The notes beneath the pieces are model-generated. The model saw nothing but the letters and a program-made list of their open reading frames with translations, had not been told where the DNA came from and did no database searches. DNA of 64,000 nt. Origin: Enoplolaimus lenunculus (lineage: Eukaryota). Both the position numbers and the translations under genes were made by a program. The stretch is from the NCBI GenBank assembly GCA_030248215.1, contig JASANG010000753.1:372001-436000 (forward strand), given 5' to 3'. Positions 49,801-61,800 of this stretch are shown here, in pieces (the stretch's first letter is position 1; each line of letters starts with the position of its first letter).

Positions 49801-52214
49801 GTCCAGTAAACAACTTTTCATTGTTACTGTAGAGACCCGAATATGAGAGGGGGACTGACATTTATTTGGCCTCTCCAGAGGATACCCCTGTTATTCGGTT
49901 ACGGACAGATATATCCGGTATTGCAACTATTCGTTGAATTAACGTTTTTGCCTTGCATCAAAAGCTTGAGCGATAATGCAAGGTGTTACGTTAGAATGTA
50001 TTTTCAAAACTTAGTATTCTTTAAAGTTTCGAAGTCAAATTTATTTTGTCCTGGAGTCATTTATGCGCTACAATTAGGGATACTTGACATTTATGGACTC
50101 TGATTAGGGTTTAGGGACTCTATCTGGTTACGGACTCCTATTGATTGGGACTCAAAATGGGAACCCCCTCTTCTTACCTCCACCCTCTTATCCGGATCCT
50201 TGCAGTAGGCATCCCCACAAATGTCTAAGGCCCCAGGAAGGTCTAAGTACATATACTTTACAAATATATCTCTTAGTATTTCCTACTACTATGAATTCTT
50301 GATATTTAATACTAGCAAAACGGTGATGTTGTTTTATTATTTATTTTCAGTTTTGACCATTTTAATTAGGTTTCGACTCAAATATAGGAACAATTTGTTA
50401 TTTGCTTCCGTCTCTGCAGACACCGATAACTGCATTTTCGACAATAACTTGACGTATACGGTGTCAAATTGTTTATATACCGATCCCGTAGCCAGCGCGG
50501 GCCAGGAGGGGAGCTCACTCCTCCCTCCCGCCGCTGGACGAATTTTGGACCCGCCCCCAGGAAAACTTTCTACTTTGCTTGTAAGACATCGGAAACCATT
50601 GTATGCCACTCCTGAAAATTTTTTAGCGAATCTAGCAACGTCATCTGGCTGCGGGCCTAGTTTGCTCTGGAGTAACCCTGACAAACCTGGAGTTTTGTCT
50701 GAACAAAGCCAGGGCTGGAATGGCATCACAAATTCCTGACCCAGACATTTTTATACAAACCAGGGCCCATGTTTCGTTTAGGGTCGTCCCGGTTTTTGAC
50801 GGGTCAGTAAAACAGTAGGCTTACATTCTAGACTACATATTTTGCTTAGGCTTAGGCTTTGTCTTAGGCTTAGCAATACGCTTTTGCAACGCTTACGTTT
50901 AGGCTTAGGCTTAAAAATACGCTTAATCTACTGTTACGCCCCAAACAGTAACATTGGCCCAAACCAGTCCCGTCTATGACAACTTGAAAAGTTGGATCAG
51001 CGTTTCGTATCATCGGCCCCCTAAAACGCGCGCTAAGCCAAAATCTTGTGATAATTTGGTACCAATTTCTGAACGCCGCCCGCCGGCCAGGTGCCCGGTA
51101 CGCCATACGGCCTATTTAAGCGGAAAATGCATTTTTTTGAGTTGTTATTAATGAGAATACAAATCGAAACAGATTAATATTTTGTCAACATCTAAGCCAG
51201 ATACTAAACCACCGGAGGGGGGACATTATTGTCCAGTAGGAATCTGAGTTCGGGGTATACGGTATTTGAACCCGGCGCTTCACGATGGGACCGGTTTATT
51301 CTCGTTCATCCAATCAGACAGCTTCATATCTAAGATAACGAGCAAGTCTGTGGTATTTTATCAGCGTTTAAAACTGTAAAACAGATAAAAAATTTGAATT
51401 TATACTTTAAAAATAAGCGAATTCTAAATGTACCGCATCCTGGTGTTTTGTTCAACGTTAATTTGGACTGCACTTTGGACGTTGTACGGCCAATCAGGTA
51501 CAAACATTTGGTATAAAAATCATATTGACTCAAGTAAAAGATCAGGGGCGAAACGTTTTTCTGTGGGACTGCAATAGAGTAAGCGAATGCTGTAGACGAA
51601 TTTTTGCTTAGGTTTAGGATTAGGTATAAATTTAATGTTACGCGTCTAGCCGGTCCAGAGGGGCGTACACCCCCTCCTGTCAGAAATTTTTTGTGTTAAA
51701 ATGGTAAGGGACCTACCTTGCAATTTTTGTCCTCAGAAAATTTATTTGTGAGAAACACAATTTTTGTCTCAGAATTTATTTTACGATAAAAAGGTAAGGT
51801 CCCCCCAATTTTTGTGTTTCGTAACATTTGCCAACCTGTCACCCCCGTTAAAATTTTTGGATCCCTCTGGACGATAGATACCTTTAAATAATGAGCGTTA
51901 CATTATTTTTAGACGCAGTATCGGTCGAGTTACCCCCAGAAATCGCGTACCAAGTATTCCAGCGCTATTTTCCGTCATCCGAATCAAAACGGATCGTACG
52001 TCCACCGTCGTCTTTTGGCACATTTCGAGGATCCGCCAGCAACGGCTACGATTCAGGACCGGTCCTTTCGCCGGGCCTTGTACGGACCGAAGGCAGGCCG
52101 ATTGCCGAATTTCGATTTACAAACACTCGGCCGTTGAGCGCCAATGAGTTCAATTCGTTGATGAATTTGGTTGGAAGCCGTCGGTATGGCGGAGCGAAAT
52201 ACGGCCGGATTTAA
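46813..52214 (+). CDS. Partial multi-exon gene: candidate exons 46813-46865, 48217-48320, 48540-?, terminal exon 51913-52214
   Basis: The terminal exon has a ttatttttag| acceptor, a 100-codon GC-richer frame (AVSVELPPEIAYQVFQRYF...GSRRYGGAKYGRI*) and AATAAA at 52274. The first three exons chain in phase 0 then 2. The middle of the model is unresolved. Confidence 0.5.
47357..47620 (+). mobile_element. piggyBac-like MITE inserted in the GCTTAAGC site of a TTAGGC MITE
   Basis: gc|TTAA...GAGAAGGGG|TTAA|gcttac. Confidence 0.88.
49198..49414 (+). mobile_element. Merlin-like TTAGGC MITE M2
   Basis: Flanks aagaatgc/aagaatgt (7/8). Confidence 0.88.
50764..50959 (+). mobile_element. Merlin-like TTAGGC MITE M2
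   Basis: CAAACCAG on both sides (8/8). Confidence 0.92.
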
Positions 52215-52931
52215 AGCGATGAAGGATTTAGTTTTTTTTGGTTCAAATTTACGACAAAAAATGATTTAATTTTAATAAATTAATATTTTACAAATGTGAT
52301 CAAGTCCGTTGGAACTCTCCCAACGTGATCGGTAGGGGGTGTAAAGTTTTTTGGCAGGTGCATGCGGTTATTTCAAACATAACTTACACAAGCAGGACTA
52401 AAAGTTTTCTAGGGGTGGATCAAACGTTTATAGGGAATGCTAAGCGACCATGCTTGTTGAAGCTACGGACCTCTGGTGGTGAAAAATTTATTAAGATGTT
52501 GTTTTAAATATTAAATAAGAATTTTACGAAATAAAAACGTAGTGAAATAGCGGATTTGATGCATTAATGAATATGTAAAGTAGAGAAACGGTTTGGACTA
52601 TGTAAAGATCAGGAGCTGAACGCTTTAATTAATACACGTGCAAGTTTTTGCTGACGCAAACAATGATGCAGCTTTCAGCTGACAAGGAAGTCAAGAGAAG
52701 AATCGTTCTTCATACGGGAAATGACGACAAAGAAAGTTTGAAACGTAAATTAGAAGCGTACAGAGTATAACTAAACTCGTATACACATCCGTAAATTGTG
52801 AAAATGCCATACAGGGGGTAAAACAAGTTTAAAAGGAACATAAATTGTTAATTTCACAAGACTCAATGCAAGTGTGAATAAAACCTTCCAAGGCGTATCG
52901 AAATTTGTCTAATGAAAGTTGAGTATCCTTA

Positions 52932-53105
52932 GTCCCTCGGGCTGCGGTCCTTGGCCCCCTCGGCCTGCACTCGTTGGCCCACTCGGGCTGCGGTTTTTGA
53001 CCCCTCGGGCTGCGGTCCTTGGCCCCCTCGGGCTGCGGTCCTTGTCCCCTCGGCCTGTAGTTGTTGGCCTCTCGGGCTGCAGTCGTTGGCCCCTCGGGCT
53101 GCGGG
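52932..53105. repeat. GC-rich minisatellite, about 22-23-bp unit, about 8 copies
   Basis: ccctcgg(g/c)ctgc(g/a)gtc(c/g)ttggc repeats. Confidence 0.9.
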
Positions 53106-54419
53106 CGTTTTCTTATTGCTAGTTTATTGTCATATATGATGACAATTAGCGGAAAAGATAAAAAACGCTGATTACAATGTAAGTACGTCCTCAAGCTGCA
53201 TGAACGAAGTCTGTTTATTTATCTTGTTTACCTTTAAATATTTTATTTAATGCTAATATTATTGACTGTAACCATAACAGCAACACTTATTAATATAACA
53301 AAACTGATTTCGGCTTATTCCTTAAACCTAATACCTGAAGCGACACAGTTCAAAACGTACTATGCTTAAGCAAAAAATTAGTCTAAAGCTTTTAAACTTT
53401 AATTTGTTGCAGTCTCGCGGAAAAACGATCCGCCCCTATTTTACACCTCCACCAAAAAGGCTTTGATCCGCGCTCAGGCTCAAAGCCAGCTCGCTTTGCT
53501 CGGGGAGCAAAACATTATTAAGGAGAGACGTACAAGGGTTGTTGATCACTTACCTGCAATCTTGAAACTTTGCTTGGTGAGTCCAAAGTTATCCATAATG
53601 GGCTGATCGCACATATAGCGCCTTTCTGGCTACGGGCCCGCCCACGCATAATATTGTGCCACTACGGCGGGCACGAGCCATTGTCCCAGCGGAAATAACT
53701 TCAAAAGCTTTGGGTTCATATAATATCACAATCCCACACATTTTATCTGCCAGTGTGATTTACCAAATGGTATTTTGAAAAAACTTCAATTTTGGCATTT
53801 GTATACCGTAAAGTTTCCTACGCTGCTGAGAGATCCGAGACCCAAAGACCGGTAAGCTGGGAGACCGAAAATTCACTGTGCCCTTTTTACTTCCTGGGAT
53901 CATCTCCGGGCACGTAGTATGAACCTCGTATCCAAGACCGTAGCCAACAGGAGAGCCAGGGGGCGGCTCAGCCCTCGTCTTGTAAAACTTTGTCTCATCT
54001 CCTGGAAAATTTTCAACCGTCCTTGTAAGTCAACCAAAACCCTTTAGGTGCCCCTCCTGACAATTTTTAGCCCTCACCCTAACAATGTGAGCTGGCTACT
54101 TACGGACATGTTCGTATCCAAATTACCGTAGAAGCATTTTACAAGAGAATAGCTAATGAGATAGTGTGGTATTAGTAACTTACCATTTTCAGCGCTGATA
54201 CGCGAAATACAACAAAAATATGACTAAATTTGCTAAATTTGCTTGAATAGCAGCACTATACCCTTTCCCCCTAAATGGCATCAATTAACCCCCCCCCCAT
54301 TTTTAGTTGAACGTGGAATTTTAGTTTATTCCGTCAGATCATCTGGTCTATTCTCCAACCGCCTTGCAAGCAGCTATTTCATTCTTGTAAAATATTTGCG
54401 TTTTCACTCTGATACTCAC

Positions 54420-55331
54420 AAGGATTGGCATCTTCGTACTATTTTCACGCCTCCTATCTCCATCTATGCTATTCGGAGGCTGGGCTGGCGTTAGAATAAT
54501 CACCTCCCCCCAAACAGGTCTGAAGGCACCCAATAAAATGTTTCCCAGCTCCATAATTTTCAGAAAATTACTTTGCCAAGATGGAGGCTCAAGGATCGGA
54601 CAGTCCTCTAGTAGGCGGTTTGGGGGTGCTTCCGCCGGCACTTTACCCAGGCACGGATATAGCCAGTTCAATTCGGAAGGGTATAGTCCATTGTCCAAAT
54701 TCTTAAGTCTGCAAAACGTGTTTTTCTTACCTCTCCAAACTCTGCAAAAGACTATAGGCCCATGTTACTTTAAGGGGCTTCCACGTTTCTGACGGGTCTG
54801 CAAAAGAGTAGTTTTAGATTCTAGATTCCATTTTTTGCTTAGGCTTAGGCTTAGGCTTAGAAACACATTTTTGCAACGCTTAAGCTTAGGCTTAGGCAAT
54901 AGGAATACGCTTAATTTACTGTTACGACCCTTAAAACAACATTGGCCAGACTGTATATCCCCTCAATCAACCACTACGCCACGGTACAGAGGTCATGCGA
55001 AACCAATCTCTAACCTGATTAATTAATAAAATAGGCTTTCAGACAGGAGTATTTTAGCAAGCCAGGAAATTAGGTTTACGCAAAAACCAAATAAAATTCT
55101 GACATATAACCGTTTTAATGATATAGCTAAACTTTAACCCCACCGAAAACGAGGATGGTTTGATATGAGGGTGGTACCGGCTTACCCTCTCCCCACGCAA
55201 GAGTTTCGGCCGTAGTTGTGATCGAACGCTATCACGAAACGGCATTTTAATCTCGAACGCTTATATAGTTTGGTGTCTCTCAAACGGGTTTTCAGGTTTC
55301 CGGTTTCGGTAAACAAAGGTCCGTTGTGTCT
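54420..55331 (-). CDS. Candidate minus-strand exons 55331-55186 and 54708-54420 of an unidentified gene
   Basis: cacctgtag|...GG|gtaagc, then ttttgcag|...CTT|gtgagt. The phases match: RHNGPLFTETGNLKTRLRDTKLYKRSRLKCRFVIAFDHNYGRNSCVGRG-LKNLDNGLYPSELNWLYPCLGKVPAEAPPNRLLEDCP... A competing + strand ORF (54466-54792) exists. Confidence 0.45.
54757..54947 (+). mobile_element. Merlin-like TTAGGC MITE M2
   Basis: Flanks agactata/agactgta (7/8). Confidence 0.9.
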
Positions 55332-55701
55332 CTACAGGTGACAGTAGAGTGAAAACGGTGTTTACTTGGACTAAAATCAGGTTTGTAGTTTGTGGCGGTT
55401 AGCGGATACTGTGCGATACGAAACGGCGGTAATAAGAGGGTCATTGTTTTGAGCTCGAATGTAAAATATCTTGAATTAGAGTCCGTAAATGGATCGAGTA
55501 TAAAAGTTTTAAGAGTCATTGAATGTCAATACCGCAACTTATTTCAACGATTCGTACAATCATATGACGGAGTTTTAAGCCTGACTCTCGACGGATCAAA
55601 TTTAGGCAAAGCTATGAAACTTGGCCAGGTTAAGGTGTAGTCGTTCCTCGTCAGGTTGGTGCAGAATAAGAAGTAAATGATTATTATTGCGAGCACCTGT
55701 A

Positions 55702-55933
55702 CACTGTAAATTTTAGTGAGTTGATATCAATTCAGAATGGAGTTGAATAACTCAGTCTAAGTTTGGACTATCAGAACTCAGAATTTTGGGTTGATTCAAT
55801 TCACTCTGAGTTAATTGATCAACTCACCCAGAGTCAACTCAACTCAGAGTGAATTAAAGTTTACTATTATTAACTCAGAAATAACCGAATCGCTAGTTGA
55901 ATTGATAAAATCAACTCATTGGAATTTACAGTG
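55702..55933. mobile_element. CACTGTAAAT-TIR MITE; other copies at 60790-61033, 49576-49799 and about 24229-24550
   Basis: CACTGTAAATT...AATTTACAGTG with internal (t)gagtt/aactca repeats. The 60790 copy is flanked by TA/TA. Confidence 0.85.
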
Positions 55934-56947
55934 ACGATGGCTTGGCACCCCTGGAGTGCAAATTTTGCTTTGAAACCCGTTGGTCCAAATTGCACAAAAA
56001 AGACTTAAAAAATTAGATATATAGGGGATACGGAAGGAGATATTACCCCTCGAATTTTTTACAGACGAGAAAAATGACACTTTTGTAGGTTTTAAAATAA
56101 GTTGCTGGATCTATGAGTTAAAAAATTGCTCGCTTATTACGTTCGATAACAAAAGTTTTGAGCGAAATTGCAACCAAAAAATTGCAATCCCGGCTTACGC
56201 GCTTGTCTAATTAGCGGGTAAGACATCATAATCAATTAATACCAGGGTGTAACCTGATATCTGTTTCCGGTAAAAATAGGCGTCTGTTCCCGGTTCCGTT
56301 ATAGAAATACAGGAAATTGCGATGGTTTTGTGCTCAAAATTAGTTAAAAATCACGTATATAAAACTCGCAATTTTTCATTACAAATATGTTGCAATTGTT
56401 TGATAAAATAAAATTTGCGGAATTCATTTAAAATCTTAAAATTTTCAGTGCATCCGCTATTTTTTCATTGATATCTTAGAAAGCACGGTCAAGATTTGCT
56501 TGCCTTAATTGTGTTGGCAGAAAAATGAAACATGTTTGAAACTTCGGCCCATGTCAAGATCAGGGGCGGAACGTTTTTCTGTGGGACTGGAATACAATAA
56601 GCTTAAGCTTTAGACTAACTTTTTTTGCTTAGCTTAGGCTTAGGCTTAGGCTTAGGAATAAGCTGATAATACTGTTTCGTGCCTTTTCTTTACAGTAGCC
56701 GAAACCTTTATACTTCAGTATAAGTAACCGTTTTCGGTTTCCGGTTTCGTTATTTTGATCGCTATCCGTTTCCGCTTCCGGTATTTTACTATCTACTTGC
56801 ATCCTATTTAGTACTTGTCAATGATTTTGTTTTATGTTGTTTTCTCCATAGCTTCTAAACCAGAACTACACTGAGTCCAAGATTTATAGCGATTGATCAG
56901 GGGCGTAGAGAGAATTTCACATCATTAGAGGATATCTACGTCTATAA

Positions 56948-57222
56948 AACCTTATTCGCATGTGCAAGTTTTTGCTGCGAGAACCTGCAGCTGCAATTTG
57001 CACTTGCAAGTTTTGTCCAAAATCCCATACGAAAAACTTGCAGCTGCAAATAATTAATTAAAAATCATAGCTGGGAATTTAGTTCACATGTGTGAAGAAC
57101 CATGCAAGTTCACTGAATTTATTGCAGCCGCTTTATCATTGGCTGATGAAAAAATGCAAGTTCTGCGCGCAATTTGCAGCTGCAAGTTCTCGCAGCAAAA
57201 ACTTGGACGTGTGAATAGTGTT
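56948..57222. mobile_element. PIF/Harbinger-like MITE with long TIRs (relative at 15302-15473)
   Basis: About 55-bp TIRs (caagtttttgctgcgagaac / gttctcgcagcaaaaacttg) with TAA on both sides. Confidence 0.8.
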
Positions 57223-58581
57223 TAAGTTTTATTGCGATCGAGCGTAGTGGACACAGCAATCCTTGTTGACTTCTGCAAGTTATTCGCATGCAAAAAATTC
57301 CTCTTTTCAAGTCTTTCCAGAAACTTCGGCAGTGATATATTTCGTCTATTTTAGTGTCAATTTATACTGAATTTGTTGCAAATATAGAAAAACTATAAAA
57401 CCTTTCTCTTAATGACCGGACGTTTATGCCTATTACCGGTGGAATCCAGCCGATTTTGAGGGAATGGGGGTGTCGGAACCGAAAACACGACTAAAATCAT
57501 GTTGGCCTCTAAAAGATAAAGTTGAAATATCGTCAGCGACCGTTAAACAAGCTGGTGTGGTTACCTAACAAAATCACATACGGATTTGGGGGAATGTTCT
57601 CGACCTCCTGGACGCCCCCGTAACACGCTACAAGCAACTTAGCTGAAACTAATTTGAGTTGAAAGCAGTAAAAATATAAAACTTATTAGCGTTCATTATA
57701 GACGGATGGCCAAACTTACGCCATCAAAAGAAACGTTTTATCTCGAAATGTTTTTGTAGCAGCAGAGTTTTGATGAAGCTTCGAATTTGTTTTAGCATAA
57801 TTTTGTCACGGAGCAACAAGCAAAAAAATTAGTCTAAAAGCTTTCTCTATTCTAGTCCCACAGAAAAACGTTCCGCCCTGATGTTTACATGAACCAAGGT
57901 ATTTTCTAACCAAAAATGTATCACGCCTTCGAAGCAATGTTTTCAATAATCCAAAATATTTTTTATACAAGAAATATCATCAAAGTTGCAGTAAAGATGT
58001 GCGTTTACGAGCGATATATGTTTGTTCAAGTGGTGGTATAAAACTATATTACGTTGGAGGTTGAAAGTTGCGCTTTTAAGCAACACCTCAAATATGCAAA
58101 AAAATTCAAAATCCGACCAAAGCAAACACCGGTTGTGGAACACTGAAAACAGCCCATGTATAGAACAGGGCCGGAACAGTAGTATAAGTATATTCCTAAG
58201 CCTAAGCCTAAGCCTAAACCTAACCCTAAGCAAAAAAACTAGTCTAAAGCTTAAACTGACTCTATTATAGCCCCTCCGGGAAGCGATCCGGTCCTGTTGT
58301 ATACATCGGCCGTGGAAGCGATCCTGTAGCACTGTGCCCTTTTGCATATACCTGCCGGCGTCCCCGTATTTGCGAAAGGTTTATATTACATTTCGATCTG
58401 TAAAAGGATATTTAATTGCTATTGTCTCAACGAATGTTTGTTTTCGTGCATTCAACTAAGCGTCGGAGAATTAAAAATTAATAAACGCGTTCAAAACAGT
58501 ACAATACAGTGAGTATAAAACTCAGTTGTTCAGCTCTGTTTTGCAATAGGTTGCCGGAAACGGCATGTTCAAAGGAAAATG

Positions 58582-58878
58582 GGTCCACGTTAGTTTAAAG
58601 GGCGTCCAGGTTTCTGGTGGGTCTGTAAAAGAGTAGGCTTAGATTCTTGATTACAATTTTTTGCTTAGGCTTACGCTTAGGTTAGGCTTAGGCTTAGGAA
58701 CACATTTTGGCAACGCTTAGGCTTAGGCTTAGGAACACATTTTTGCAACACTTTAGGTTTAGGCTTAGGCTAGGAACACATTTTGGCAACGTTTAGGCTT
58801 AGGCTTAGGAACACATTTTGGCAACGCTTTAGGCTTAGGCTTAGGAATACGCTTACGCCAATAAAAGTAACATTGGCC
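58582..58878 (+). mobile_element. Merlin-like TTAGGC MITE M2 with tandemly expanded interior
   Basis: GGAAAATG on both sides (8/8). Four ggaacacatttt(g/t)gcaac units. Confidence 0.92.
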
Positions 58879-61800
58879 GGAAAATGGAACAGGGGCGTAG
58901 CCAATATTTTTATTTCTGGCGTGCATAACTTTGCCCAAATTTTATGAACGAACGACCGAAGCGAGCGAGGAAATTTTTTGGACATTTGCAGGTATTTCTG
59001 CAGCCTGTAAATGAAACTTTTTTCGATTTTCTGAAAATTTCAGCGAGTATAACTCTACAAGTACCTCATTGTAAACGCTCATACAGCGGCTGTAGTCCCA
59101 TAAACTACGTAAATGGCAAAAAAATAATTATTTTTTGGTGATAAAATGGTAAAGTCATACGTTACAATTTCTCTCAAAAAATTGACACGAGTGTGCAGTA
59201 AAAATTGCGTTTCATAACTTTTGCTAGTCCGCTATTTCGTCACAAATTTTTGGATTCGCCGACAGGGGTTAGAATCAATAGCTTCTTGATTTTTAGAAAT
59301 TGTACTCGCTCGCTATTTGCTCATGGGCCTGAAAGGTGATGATTTGAATATGAGGCGTTGTCGAAATGATATCCTAGTAGCATCGCTTTGAGTTTTGCTT
59401 CTTATTCTACATTTCTTTCATAACTGAAATATTTACGATTTTTTTTAAACCAGTTTATATGTTTATTGAACAATTTTCAAACATATTTAAGATAAGCCAC
59501 TAAGAACACGTTTAGGCTAATTGTTTAGGCAATTTGTAAACGTTTTCTTAAACCTAAGCCTAAGCCTAATCCTAAGTGTATATAAATGTGGGAAAAATGT
59601 AACGCGTAATTTTCGGTTTTAGATGTCGAATTCTTCTTCAAATATCTGGCCAATATATTAAAGAACAGAGCCGTAACAGTAGTATAAGCATATTCAGCCT
59701 TAGCCTTAGCCTATGTCTAAGTGTAAAAACGAGCTTATACCTAAAGCGTAGTAAAGCTTAAGCTTATTCTATTTCAATCCTGCAAAAAAACGTTCCGACC
59801 CTGATCCTATTGTCCAAATTTCTACGCTTTTCCAATGGCAGACGTCTTTGCGTCCTTGGCAGGAATCAAAAAACATACCATCTTATATTCTCATTCCAAG
59901 TAATTTTTTTCATTTCTGACCTGTTTTATCTGCAACGAAACAAAACGTTTCGCTTCTGCGTAAGATCATCCCGGCTACCAGCAGTTTCGCCGGTATTGGA
60001 TGCTACACCAGATGCAACGCTTTTTAGAGGAAAGTTTAGTTAATCCCCCTGGCGCACAAAAATGATAGATATATCCGAAATCGTTTTTAGACACATGGTT
60101 ACCCGTGTTTTGAATCAGCGATAAACAGGGCCGCGTACAATGGTGGGACGAGTGAGGGGCGAATAGCCCCCCTCCCCCCGCAATTTCTTGGAAAACCACG
60201 AGACAATGGGATACTTTTATCGGGTGCCGCATACCCTGCAAATGTCAATAAATTTTCTCGATCGCTACACTCGTTTGTTTAACAACTTTTGACCATAGTC
60301 TATTCCCCCTGTCGAATTGCAGTTCCGGTTACAGTTTTGGTCGTAAAACTGAACCTATTTTGTGTTAGCATTGGCATACACACATTTCGGGACCTTAATC
60401 TGTTTTGTATCTTATCCTCTTGTCTGACTTTTGCATTTCGGTTTCTATAACTATTCGCCCCCCCCCCTGGCAAGTTTAGCTATCAGAAAAGCCGTTCTAG
60501 TCAGGCCAACTATTAGGCTTTAGGTTTAGTCTTAGGCTTTAGTCACAGCGCGTAACCAAAAGCGGATGCAAAAATTTGTGACTTCAAATGTTATGAAACG
60601 CAAAAATTGTAAGGTAGAGGGACCTTATCATTTTATCACCAAGAAATTGTCTGGGGGGGGAATGTAACGTAGGGATTTTACCATTTTATCACAGAAAAAT
60701 TTCTGACCGGGGGCGTACGCCCACCACCACCCTCCTCTGCATTCGCTTGCGCCCATAACCAGGATTTAGAGTTTTTGTACAAGTCAGTACACTGTAATTT
60801 TCATTGAGTGGATTTTAACTCAGTATGAGTTGAGTCCACTCAGAGGCCTGAGATCTGAATTAGGTCTCTCAGAATTCCGAATTGATTGAACTCATTCTGA
60901 ATTAATTCATTAACTAACCCAGAATTAAACCAGCTCAGAGTGAGTTAATGTTTGCTGCTATTAATTTAGAAAAAGGTAGAAATAACCAATTCTCCCGCTG
61001 AGTTGATTGTTCAACTCATGGGAATTTACAGTGTACTATATCTCAGCTAACATTTACCTATCGTTTGACTTGTCTATTCGAAATGCTTCGGGTGCCGTGG
61101 CCCTCTTGACGTCACTGCGTTCACTTCTATTGACTTCAAGCTTAGCAACCACACCCCCGAATATAGAATTATCGGCCAATGTTACTTTAAGGGGCGAAAC
61201 AGTAGATTAAGCGTATTCGTAAGCCTAAGCCTAAACTTAAGCGTTGCAAAAATGTGTTCCTAAGCCTAAGCCTAAGCCTAAGCAAAAAATGTAATCTAGA
61301 ATCTAAGTCTACTCTTTTATAAACCCACTAGAACCCTGGACACCCCTTCAAGTAGCATTCATCTTCGAATTGTAGCTTTCGCAGTATTAATCACGCAAAG
61401 GGTGTCACGGCTTAAATGGCTCTTAGCAATATTTGACATCAAAACAACAATACACCCCCGCAAAGCTAAATCAGTTTTAAAATCTCCTTCAGAATATCAA
61501 TGCCAGCAATACTTGTACAATAGCTATGGAGGCAGAAATATTTTGAAATAGCGATTGTTGACACCAGCTAAGATCCTTGGAAGGGTCCTGGGACAAAATA
61601 CTTATACTGAGGAAAAAGTAGTTGGAAGAAAAATGATTGAGAACATTTATGGACCAATGTAATGAACAGGATTGTAACAGTTATATAAGCATATTCCTAA
61701 GCCTAAGGCTGAGCCTAAGCCTAAGCCTAAGCATATTAGAATGAGGTTAAGCCTAAGCCTAAGCCTAAACCTACACATATGAATGAGCTTAAGCAGACTA

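Noticed and set aside
52829..53194. Pro/Arg-rich ORFs over the GC minisatellite
   Set aside because: The unit length is not a constant multiple of 3, and the ORFs reflect stop-poor GC sequence.
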